Below, one piece after another: positions 53,102 through 64,000 of a DNA stretch of 64,000 nucleotides. Below the pieces are notes generated by a model. That model saw only the letters and a list, made by a program, of their open reading frames with translations. It searched no databases and had not been told where the DNA came from. The DNA comes from Heterodontus francisci (taxonomy: Eukaryota), in NCBI RefSeq assembly GCF_036365525.1, contig NW_027142041.1, positions 1,116,001-1,180,000 of the forward strand, written 5' to 3'. The number at the start of each line of letters is the position of its first letter. Position 1 is the first letter of the stretch. The position numbers and the translations under genes are program-made.

Positions 53102-54557
53102 TTCTTTTGGGCCTCCTTATCTCGAGAGACAATGGATACGCGCCTGGAGGTGGTCAGTGGTTTGTGAAGCAGCGCCTGGAGTGGCTATAAAGGCCAATTC
53201 TGGAGTGACAGGCTCTTCCACAGGTGCTGCAGAGAAATTTGTTTGTTGGGGCTGTTGCACAGTTGGCTCTCCCCTTGCGCCTCTGTCTTTTTTCCTGCCA
53301 ACTACTAAGTCTCTTCGACTCGCCACAATTTAGCCCTGTCTTTATGGCTGCCCGCCAGCTCTGGCGAATGCTGGCAACTGACTCCCACGACTTGTGATCA
53401 ATGTCACACGATTTCATGTCACGTTTGCAGACGTCTTTATAACGGAGACATGGACGGCCGGTGGGTCTGATACCAGTGGCGAGCTCGCTGTACAATGTGT
53501 CTTTGGGGATCCTGCCATCTTCCATGCGGCTCACATGGCCAAGCCATCTCAAGCGCCGCTGACTCAGTAGTGTGTATAAGCTGGGGGTGTTGGCCGCTTC
53601 AAGGACTTCTGTGTTGGAGATATAGTCCTGCCACCTGATGCCAAGTATTCTCCGAAGGCAGCGAAGATGGAATGAATTGAGACGTCGCTCTTGGCTGGCA
53701 TACGTTGTCCAGGCCTCGCTGCCGTAGAGCAAGGTACTGAGGACACAGGCCTGATACACTCGGACTTTTGTGTTCCGTGTCAGTGCGCCATTTTCCCACA
53801 CTCTCTTGGCCAGTCTGGACATAGCAGTGGAAGCCTTACCCATGCGCTTGTTGATTTCTGCATCTAGAGACAGGTTACTGGTGATAGTTGAGCCTAGGTA
53901 GGTGAACTCTTGAACCACTTCCAGAGCGTGGTCGCCAATATTGATGGATGGAGCATTTCTGACATCCTGCCCCATGATGTTCGTTTTCTTGAGGCTGATG
54001 GTTAGGCCAAATTCATTGCAGGCAGACGCAAACCTGTCGATGAGACTCTGCAGGCATTCTTCAGTGTGAGATGTTAAAGCAGCATCGTCAGCAAAGAGGA
54101 GTTCTCTGATGAGGACTTTCCGTACTTTGGACTTCGCTCTTAGACGGGCAAGGTTGAACAACCTGCCCCCTGATCTTGTGTGGAGCAAAATTCCTTCTTC
54201 AGAGGATTTGAACGCATGTGAAAGCAGCAGGGAGAAGAAAATCCCAAAAAGTGTGGGTGCGAGAACACAGCCCTGTTTCACACCACTCAGGATAGGAAAG
54301 GGCTCTGATGAGGAGCCACCATGTTGAATTGTGCCTTTCATATTGTCATGGAATGAGGTGATGATACTTAGTAGCTTTGGTGGACATCCGATCTTTTCTA
54401 GTAGTCTGAAGAGACCACGTCTGCTGACGAGGTCAAAGGCTTTGGTGAGATCAATGAAAGCAATGTAGAGGGGCATCTGTTGTTCACGGCATTTCTCCTG
54501 TATCTGACGAAGGGAGAACAGCATGTCAATAGTCGATCTCTCTGCACGAAAGCCACA
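53102..54557 (-). mobile_element. 5'-truncated RTE copy, nearly identical to 38844-40290
   Basis: ORF 53154..54524 matches the C-terminal part of the 1061-aa ORF with only a few differences. AAAGT flanks both ends. Confidence 0.95.
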
Positions 54558-54699
54558 AAGTACAAAAATGAAATAAGAGATAGCATCAAGTTAAACAAAA
54601 ACACAAATTCAAGGAAATGAGGAAATGCAGCAGATTGGGAAAAACTCTAAAAGCAACAAGGAGATCGGAAGAAAGGAATGAATGATACAAAAGTTTTAA

Positions 54700-54925
54700 A
54701 ATAAAAAAATCACAAAATGCTGGAAATACTCAGCAGTTCTGGCAGCATCTGTGAAGAGAGAGAAACAGAGTTAATGTTTCGAGTCATTCTGATGAAGGGT
54801 CACAGACCTGAAACTTTAACTCTGTTTCTCTTTCCACAGACCTGTCAGCTGCCAGACTTGCTGAGTGTTTCCAGCATTTCTTGTTTTTACTTCAGATTTC
54901 CAGCATCTGCAGTATTTTGCTTTTA
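54700..54925 (+). mobile_element. Penelope-derived palindromic element with hammerhead-like core
   Basis: Inverted arms around ctgatgaagggtcacagacctgaaac (about 54789-54814). Same family as 8347-8524 and 13640-13745. Confidence 0.78.
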
Positions 54926-55282
54926 TAATAGTTTTTATCAATATGTTACAGGGAAACAGGAATCCAGTAAAGAGAGATGTATCTGTTACTCATTGCAAAG
55001 GGACTTAGACAGGCTAGGTTCCAATTTATCCTTTAACAAATAGCGCATCAGGTGTGTAGAATGTAACACACGTGTTTAAAACACATTTAGGATTGGTGTG
55101 CTGTACTGAGAGGGCGGAGTCTCCCACTGCCACCAGAAGTATTCTCATTCCTTCCTCTGTTCATACCGCACAAACCGTGTGTCGTAAGGAGAAAACGGAA
55201 GGTGTTCAGTAAATTAGCCGTGATCCATCCAGGGAGTGAGGCAACAGCACAAAACAGGGCGAGGCCTCCCACCTGGTTGAAA

Positions 55283-58200
55283 TTGTGGGGTACAGCTGTG
55301 GAAAACGTGGGGTACAGCCAGGAAATGGAGGGGGACAGCTATGGAAATGGTGGGGTACAACTGTGGAAATGGTGGGGTACAGCTGTGACAATGGTGGGGT
55401 ACAACTGTGGAAATGGTGGGGTACAGCCAGGAAATGGTGGGGTACAGCTGTGGAAATGGTGGGGTACAGCTATGGAAATGGTGGGGTACAACTGTGGAAA
55501 TGGTGGGGTACAGCTGTGACAATGGTGGGGTATAGCCAAGAAATGGTGGGGTACAACTGTGGAAATGGTGGGGTACAGCTGTGGAAATGGTGGGGTACAG
55601 CTGTGGAAATAGTGGGGTACAACTGTGGAAATGGTGGGGTACAACTGTGGAAATGGTGGGGTACAGCTGTGGAAATGGTGGGGTAAAACTGTGGAAATGG
55701 TGGGGTACAGCTGTGGAAATAGTGGGGTACAGCTGTGACAATGGAGGGGTACAGCTGTGGAAATGGTGGGGTACAGCTGTGACAATGGTGGGGTACAGCT
55801 GTGGAAATGGTGGGGTACAGCTGTGACAATGGTGGGGTATAGCCAAGAAATGGTGGGGTACAACTGTGGAAATGGTGGGGTACAGCTGTGGAAATAGAGG
55901 GGTACAGCTGTGACAATGGTGGGGTACAGCTGTGACAATGGTGTGTATAGCCAGGAAATGGTGGGGTACAGAAGTGACAATGGTGGGGTATAGCCAGGAA
56001 ATGTTGGGGTACGGCTGTGACAATGGTGGGTATAGCCAGGAAATGTTGTGGTACAGCTGTGACAATAGTGGGGTACAGCTGTGACAATGGCGGGTATAGC
56101 CAGGAAATGTTGGGGTACAGCTGTGACAATGGTGGGGTATAGCCAGGAAATGTTGGGGTACAGCTGTGGAAATGGTGGGGTACAGTTGTGGAAATGTTGG
56201 GGTACAGCTGTGGAAATGGTGGGGTACAGCCAGGAAATGGTGGGGTACAGCTGTGGAAATGGTGGGGGTACAACCATGGAAATGGTGGGGTACAGTGTGG
56301 AAATGAAGGGGTACAGCCAGGAAATGGTGGGGTACTGCTGTGACAATGGTGGGATACAGCTGTGACAACGGTGGGGTACAGCTGTGACAATGGTGGGGTA
56401 TAGCCAGGAAATGTTGGGGTACAGCTGTGGAAATGGTGGGGTGCAGCTGTGGAAATGGTGGGGCACAGCTGTGACAATGGTGGGGTATAGCCAGGAAATG
56501 TTGGGGTACAGCTGTGGAAATGGTGGGGTGCAGCTGTGGAAATGGTGGGGCACAGCTGTGACAATGGTGGGGTATAGCCAGGAAATGTTGGGGTACAGCT
56601 GTGGAAATGGTGGGGTACAGCTGTGGAAATGTTGGGGTACAGCTGTGGAAATGGTGGGGTGCAGCTGTGGAAATGGTGGGGTACAGCTGTGGAAATGGTG
56701 GCGTACAGCCAGGAAATGGTGGGGTACAGCTGTGGAAATGGTGAGGGTACAACTGTGGAAATGGTGGGGTACAGCTGTGACAATGGTGGGGTACAGCTGT
56801 GACAATGGTGGGATACAGCTGTGACAATGGTGGGGTATAGCCAGGAAATGTTGGGGTACAGCTGTGACAATGGTGGGGTGCAGCTGTGACAATGGTGGGG
56901 TACAGCTGTGACAATGGTGGGGTATAGCCAGGAAATGTTGGGGTACAGAAGTGACAATGGTGGGGTATAGCCAGGAAATGTTGGGGTACAGCTGTGGAAA
57001 TGGTGGGGTGCAGCTGTGACAATGGTGGGGTACAGCTGTGACAATGGTGGGGTATAGCCAGGAAATGTTGGGGTACAGCTGTGGAAATGGTGGGGTACAG
57101 TTGTGGAAATGTTGGGGTACAGCTGTGGAAATGGTGGGGTACAGCCAGGAAATGGTGGGGTACAGCTGTGGAAATGGTGGGGGTACAACCATGGAAATGG
57201 TGGGGTACAGTGTGGAAATGAAGGGGTACAGCCAGGAAATGGTGGGGTACAGCTGTGACAATGGTGGGATACAGCTGTGACAACGGTGGGGTACAGCTGT
57301 GACAATGGTGGGGTATAGCCAGGAAATGTTGGGGTACAGCTGTGGAAATGGTGGGGTGCAGCTGTGGAAATGGTGGGGCACAGCTGTGACAATGGTGGGG
57401 TATAGCCAGGAAATGTTGGGGTACAGCTGTGGAAATGGTGGGGTACAGCTGTGGAAATGTTGGGGTACAGCTGTGGAAATGGTGGGGTGCAGCTGTGGAA
57501 ATGGTGGGGTACAGCTGTGGAAATGGTGGGGTACAGCTGTGGCTAAGGTGGGGTATAGCTGTGGAAATGGTGGGGTATAGCCAGGAAATGTTGGGGTATA
57601 GCTGTGACAATGGTGGGGTATAGCCAGGAAATGTTGGGGTACAGCTGTGACAATGGTGTGGTATAGCCAGGAAATGTTGGGGTACAGCTGTGGAAATGGT
57701 GGGGTGCAGCTGTGACAATGGTGGGGTATAGCCAGGAAATGTTGGGGTACAGCTGTGACGATGGTGGGGTATAGCCAGGAAATGTTGGGGTACAGCTGTG
57801 ACAATGGTGGGATATAGCCAAGAAATGTTGGGGTACAGCTGTGACAATGGTGGGGTATAGCCAGGAAATGTTGGGGTACAGCTGTGGAAATGGTGGGGTG
57901 CAGCTGTGACAATGGTGGGGTATAGCCAGGAAATGTTGGGGTACAGCTGTGACGATGGTGGGGTATAGCCAGGAAATGTTGGGGTACAGCTGGGACAATG
58001 GTGGGGTATAGCCAGGAAATGTTGGGGTACAGCTGTGGAAATGGTGGGGTGCAGCTGTGACAATGGTGGGGTACAGCTGTGACAATGGTGGGGTATAGCC
58101 AGGAAATGTTGGGGTACAGCTGTGGAAATGGTGGGGTACAGTTGTGGAAATGTTGGGGTACAGCTGTGGAAATGGTGGGGTACAGCCAGGAAATGGTGGG

Positions 58201-61200
58201 GTACAGCTGTGGAAATGGTGGGGGTACAACCATGGAAATGGTGGGGTACAGTGTGGAAATGAAGGGGTACAGCCAGGAAATGGTGGGGTACAGCTGTGAC
58301 AATGGTGGGATACAGCTGTGACAACGGTGGGGTACAGCTGTGACAATGGTGGGGTGCAGCTGTGGAAATGGTGGGGCACAGCTGTGACAATGGTGGGGTA
58401 TAGCCAGGAAATGTTGGGGTACAGCTGTGGAAATGGTGGGGTACAGCTGTGGAAATGTTGGGGTACAGCTGTGGAAATGGTGGGGTGCAGCTGTGGAAAT
58501 GGTGGGGTACAGCTGTGGAAATGGTGGCGTACAGCCAGGAAATGGTGGGGTACAGCTGTGGAAATGGTGGGGGTACAACTGTGGAAATGCTGGGATACAG
58601 CTGTGACAATGGTGGGATACAGCTGTGACAATGGTGGGTATAGCCAGGAAATGTTGGGTTACAGCTGTGACAATGGTGGGTATAGCCAGGAAATGTTGGG
58701 GTACAGAAGTGACAATGGTGGGGTATAGCCAGGAAATGTTGGGGTACAGAAGTGACAATGGTGGGTATAGCCAGGAAATGTTGTGGTACAGCTGTGACAA
58801 TAGTGGGGTACAGCTGTGACAATGGCGGGTATAGCCAGGAAATGTTGGGGTACAGCTGTGACAATAGTGGGGTACAGCTGTGACAATGGCGGGTATAGCC
58901 AGGAAATGTTGGGGTACAGCTGTGACAATGGTGGGGTATAGCCAGGAAATGTTGGGGTACAGCTGTGGAAATGGTGGGGTACAGTTGTGGAAATGTTGGG
59001 GTACAGCTGTGGAAATGGTGGGGTACAGCCAGGAAATGGTGGGGTACAGCTGTGGAAATGGTGGGGGTACAACCATGGAAATGGTGGCGTACAGTGTGGA
59101 AATGAAGGGGTACAGCCAGGAAATGGTGGGGTACAGCTGTGACAATGGTGGGATACAGCTGTGACAACGGTGGGGTACAGCTGTGACAATGGTGGGGTAT
59201 AGCCAGGAAATGTTGGGGTACAGCTGTGGAAATGGTGGGGTGCAGCTGTGGAAATGGTGGGGCACAGCTGTGACAATGGTGGGGTATAGCCAGGAAATGT
59301 TGGGGTACAGCTGTGGAAATGGTGGGGTGCAGCTGTGGAAATGGTGGGGCACAGCTGTGACAATGGTGGGGTATAGCCAGGAAATGTTGGGGTACAGCTG
59401 TGGAAATGGTGGGGTACAGCTGTGGAAATGTTGGGGTACAGCTGTGGAAATGGTGGGGTGCAACTGTGGAAATGGTGGGGTACAGCTGTGGAAATGGTGG
59501 CGTACAGCCAGGAAATGGTGGGGTACAGCTGTGGAAATGGTGGGGTACAGCTGTGACAATGGTGGGGTACAGCTGTGACAATGGTGGGATACAGCTGTGA
59601 CAATGGTGGGTATAGCCAGGAAATGTTGGGGTACAGCTGTGACAATGGTGGGTATAGCCAGGAAATGTTGGGGTACAGAAGTGACAATGGTGGGGTATAG
59701 CCAGGAAATGTTGGGGTACGGAAGTGACAATGGTGGGGTATAGCCAGGAAATGTTGGGGTACGGCTGTGACAATGGTGGGTATAGCCAGGAAATGTTGTG
59801 GTACAGCTGTGACAATAGTGGGGTACAGCTGTGAGAATGGCGGGTATAGCCAGGAAATGTTGGGGTACAGCTGTGACAATGGTGGGGTACAGCTGTGACA
59901 ATGGTGGGTATAGCCAGGAAATGTTGGGGTACAGAAGTGACAATGGTGGGGTATAGCCAGGAAATGTTGGGGTACAGAAGTGACAATGGTGGGGTATAGC
60001 CAGGAAATGTTGGGGTACGGCTATGACAATGGTGGGTATAGCCAGGAAATGTTGGGGTACAGAAGTGACAATGGTGGGGTACAGCTATGACAATGGTGGG
60101 GTACAGCTGTTACAATGGTGGGTATAGCCAGGAAATGTTGGGGTACAGAAGTGACAATGGTGCGGTACAGCTATGACAATGGTGGGGTACAGCTGTTACA
60201 ATGGTGGGTATAGCCAGGAAATGTTGGGGTACAGCTGTGAAAATGGTGGGGTACAGCTGTGGCTAAGGTGGGGTATAGCTGTGGAAATGGTGGGGTATAG
60301 CCAGGAAATGTTGGGGTATAGCTGTGACAATGGTGGGGTATAGCCAGGAAATGTTGGGGTACAGCTGTGACAATGGTGTGGTATAGCCAGGAAATGTTGG
60401 GGTACAGCTGTGGAAATGGTGGGGTGCAGCTGTGACAATGGTGGGGTATAGCCAGGAAATGTTGGGGTAGAGCTGTGACGATGGTGGGGTATAGCCAGGA
60501 AATGTTGGGGTACAGCTGTGACATTGGTGGGATATAGCCAAGAAATGTTGGGGTACAGCTGTGACAATGGTGGGGTATAGCCAGGAAATGTTGGGGTACA
60601 GCTGTGGAAATGGTGGGGTGCAGCTGTGACAATGGTGGGGTATAGCCAGGAAATGTTGGGGTACAGCTGTGACGATGGTGGGGTATAGCCAGGAAATGTT
60701 GGGGTACAGCTGGGACAATGGTGGGGTATAGCCAGGAAATGTTGGGGCACAGCTGTGGAAATGGTGGGGTGCAGCTGTGACAATGGTGGGGTACAGCTGT
60801 GACAATGGTGGGGCATAGCCAGGAAATGTTGGGGTACAGCTGTGGAAATGGTGGAGTACAGTTGTGGAAATGTTGGGGTACAGCTGTGCAAATGGTGGGG
60901 TACAGCTGTGGAAATGTTGGGGTACAGCTGTGGAAATGGTGGGGTGCAGCTGTGGAAATGGTGGGGTACAGCTGTGGAAATGGTGGCGTACAGCCAGGAA
61001 ATGGTGGGGTACAGCTGTGGAAATGGTGGGGGTACAACTGTGGAAATGGTGGGGTACAGCTGTGACAATGGTGGGGTACAGCTGTGACAATGGTGGGATA
61101 CAGCTGTGACAATGGTGGGTATAGCCAGGAAATGTTGGGGTACAGAAGTGACAATGGTGGGGTATAGCCAGGAAATGTTGGGGTACAGAAGTGACAATGG

Positions 61201-64000
61201 CGGGGTATAGCCAGGAAATGTTGGGGTACGGCTGTGACAATGGTGGGTATAGCCAGGAAATGTTGTGGTACAGCTGTGACAATAGTGGGGTACAGCTGTG
61301 ACAATGGCGGGTATAGCCAGGAAATGTTGGGGTACAGCTGTGACAATGGTGGGGTACAGCTGTGACAATGGTGGGTATAGCCAGGAAATGTTGGGGTACA
61401 GAAGTGACAATGGTGGGGAAGAGCCAGGAAATGTTGGGGTTCTGCTGTGACAATGGTGGGTATAGCCAGGAAATGTTGGGGTACAGCTGTGTCAATGGTG
61501 TGGTACAGCTGTGACAATGGTGGGTATAGCCAGGAAATGTTGGGGTACAGAAGTGACAATGGTGGGGTATAGCCAGGAAATGTTGGGGTACAGCTGTGAC
61601 AATGGTGGGTATAGCCAGGAAATGTTGGGGTACAGAAGTGACAATGGTGGGGTACAGCTATGACAATGGTGGGGTACAGCTGTTACAATGGTGGGTATAG
61701 CCAGGAAATGTTGGGGTACAGAAGTGACAATGGTGGGGTACAGCTATGACAATGGTGGGGTACAGCTGTTACAATGGTGGGTATAGCCAGGAAATGTTGG
61801 GGTACAGCTGTGAAAATGGTGGGGTACAGCTGTGGCTAAGGTGGGGTATAGCTGTGGAAATGGTGGGGTATAGCCAGGAAATGTTGGGGTATAGCTGTGA
61901 CAATGGTGGGGTATAGCCAGGAAATGTTGGGGTACAGCTGTGACAATGGTGTGGTATAGCCAGGAAATGTTGGGGTACAGCTGTGGAAATGGTGGGGTGC
62001 AGCTGTGACAATGGTGGGGTATAGCCAGGAAATGTTGGGGTACAGCTGTGACGATGGTGGGGTATAGCCAGGAAATGTTGGGGTACAGCTGTGACAATGG
62101 TGGGGTATAGCCAGGAAATGTTGGGGTACAGCTGTGGAAATGGTGGGGTGCAGCTGTGACAATGGTGCGGTATAGCCAGGAAATGTTGGGTACAGCTGTG
62201 ACGATGGTGGGGTATAGCCAGGAAATGTTGGGGTACAGCTGGGACAATGGTGGGGTATAGCCAGGAAATGTTGGGGTACAGCTGTGGAAATGGTGGGGTG
62301 CAGCTGTGACAATGGTGGGTACAGCTGTGACAATGGTGGGGCATAGCCAGGAAATGTTGGGGTACAGCTGTGGAAATGGTGGGGCACAGCTGTGACAATG
62401 GTGGGGTATAGCCAGGAAATGTTGGGGTACAGCTGTGGAAATGTTGGGGTACAGCTGTGGAAATGGTGGGGTGCAGCTGTGTAAATGGTGGGGTACAGCT
62501 GTGGAAATGGTGGCGTACAGCCAGGAAATGGTGGGGTACAGCTGTGGAAATGGTGGGGGTACAACTGTGGAAATGGTGGGGTACAGCTGTGACAATGGTG
62601 GGGTACAGCTGTGACAATGGTGGGATACAGCTGTGACAATGGTGGGTATAGCCAGGAAATGTTGGGGTACAGAAGTGACAATGGTGGGGTATAGCCAGGA
62701 AATGTTGGGGTACAGAAGTGACAATGGCGGGATATAGCCAGGAAATGTTGGGGTACGGCTGTGACAATGGTGGGTATAGCCAGGAAATGTTGTGGTACAG
62801 CTGTGACAATAGTGGGGTACAGCTGTGACAATGGCGGGTATAGCCAGGAAATGTTGGGGTACAGCTGTGACAATGGTGGGGTACAGCTGTGACAATGGTG
62901 GGTATAGCCAGGAAATGTTGGGGTACAGAAGTGACAATGGTGGGGAAGAGCCAGGAAATGTTGGGGTTCTGCTGTGACAATGGTGGGTATAGCCAGGAAA
63001 TGTTGGGGTACAGCTGTGTCAATGGTGTGGTACAGCTGTGACAATGGTGGGTATAGCCAGGAAATGTTGGGGTACAGAAGTGACAATGGTGGGGTATAGC
63101 CAGGAAATGTTGGGGTACAGCTGTGACAATGGTGGGTATAGCCAGGAAATGTTGGGGTACAGAAGTGACAATGGTGGGGTACAGCTATGACAATGGTGGG
63201 GTACAGCTGTTACAATGGTGGGTATAGCCAGGAAATGTTGGGGTACAGAAGTGACAATGGTGGGGTACAGCTATGACAATGGTGGGGTACAGCTGTTACA
63301 ATGGTGGGTATAGCCAGGAAATGTTGGGGTACAGCTGTGAAAATGGTGGGGTACAGCTGTGGCTAAGGTGGGGTATAGCTGTGGAAATGGTGGGGTATAG
63401 CCAGGAAATGTTGGGGTATAGCTGTGACAATGGTGGGGTATAGCCAGGAAATGTTGGGGTACAGCTGTGACAATGGTGTGGTATAGCCAGGAAATGTTGG
63501 GGTACAGCTGTGGAAATGGTGGGGTGCAGCTGTGACAATGGTGGGGTATAGCCAGGAAATGTTGGGGTACAGCTGTGACGATGGTGGGGTATAGCCAGGA
63601 AATGTTGGGGTACAGCTGTGACAATGGTGGGGTATAGCCAGGAAATGTTGGGGTACAGCTGTGGAAATGGTGGGGTGCAGCTGTGACAATGGTGCGGTAT
63701 AGCCAGGAAATGTTGGGTACAGCTGTGACGATGGTGGGGTATAGCCAGGAAATGTTGGGGTACAGCTGGGACAATGGTGGGGTATAGCCAGGAAATGTTG
63801 GGGTACAGCTGTGGAAATGGTGGGGTGCAGCTGTGACAATGGTGGGTACAGCTGTGACAATGGTGGGGCATAGCCAGGAAATGTTGGGGTACAGCTGTGG
63901 AAATGGTGGGGCACAGCTGTGACAATGGTGGGGTATAGCCAGGAAATGTTGGGGTACAGCTGTGGAAATGGTGGGGTACAGCTGTGGAAATGTTGGGGTA
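55283..64000. repeat. Large G-rich compound satellite of 21/22-bp units (CTGTGGAAATGGTGGGGTACAG and variants), over 8.7 kb, runs off the window
   Basis: Directly visible. Equivalent ORF ends at 60171/61744/63271 show higher-order periods of 1573 and 1527 bp. Confidence 0.98.

Noticed and set aside
55214-63925. ORFs up to 1590 aa rich in His/Pro/Cys
   Set aside because: Satellite DNA open in all three minus-strand frames.

Overview
Eukaryotic, repeat-rich genomic DNA. The CR1/HER1-type LINEs, Deu-domain SINE, Penelope fragments and RTE LINEs point to a cartilaginous fish (inference). Most of the window is nested retroelements plus four large minisatellite arrays, and almost all long ORFs in the supplied track are artefacts of these. 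Hidden among them is one apparently intact 8-exon + strand gene that the ORF track shows only in fragments. Its CDS is join(2525..2573,9157..9486,19062..19400,32363..32701,33105..33240,44315..44358,46057..46106,46583..46696), 1401 nt or 466 aa, with all introns GT-AG and all phases compatible. It encodes a signal peptide, three tandem germline-joined VJ-type Ig domains (each ends in a GxGT J-like strand in the same exon, with no RSS and no C domain), an uncharged TM helix, and a tail with a YxxV motif, an ITIM (IHYAEL) and an ITSM (TEYAAV). This is a non-rearranging, antigen-receptor-like inhibitory immune receptor that I cannot assign to a named gene. Secondary points: a VNAR-like shortened distal V domain, a LINE family with an integral tRNA/SINE-like head, a recently active RTE family (full-length, truncated and bipartite copies), minimal hammerhead ribozyme motifs, and a SINE-derived minisatellite.
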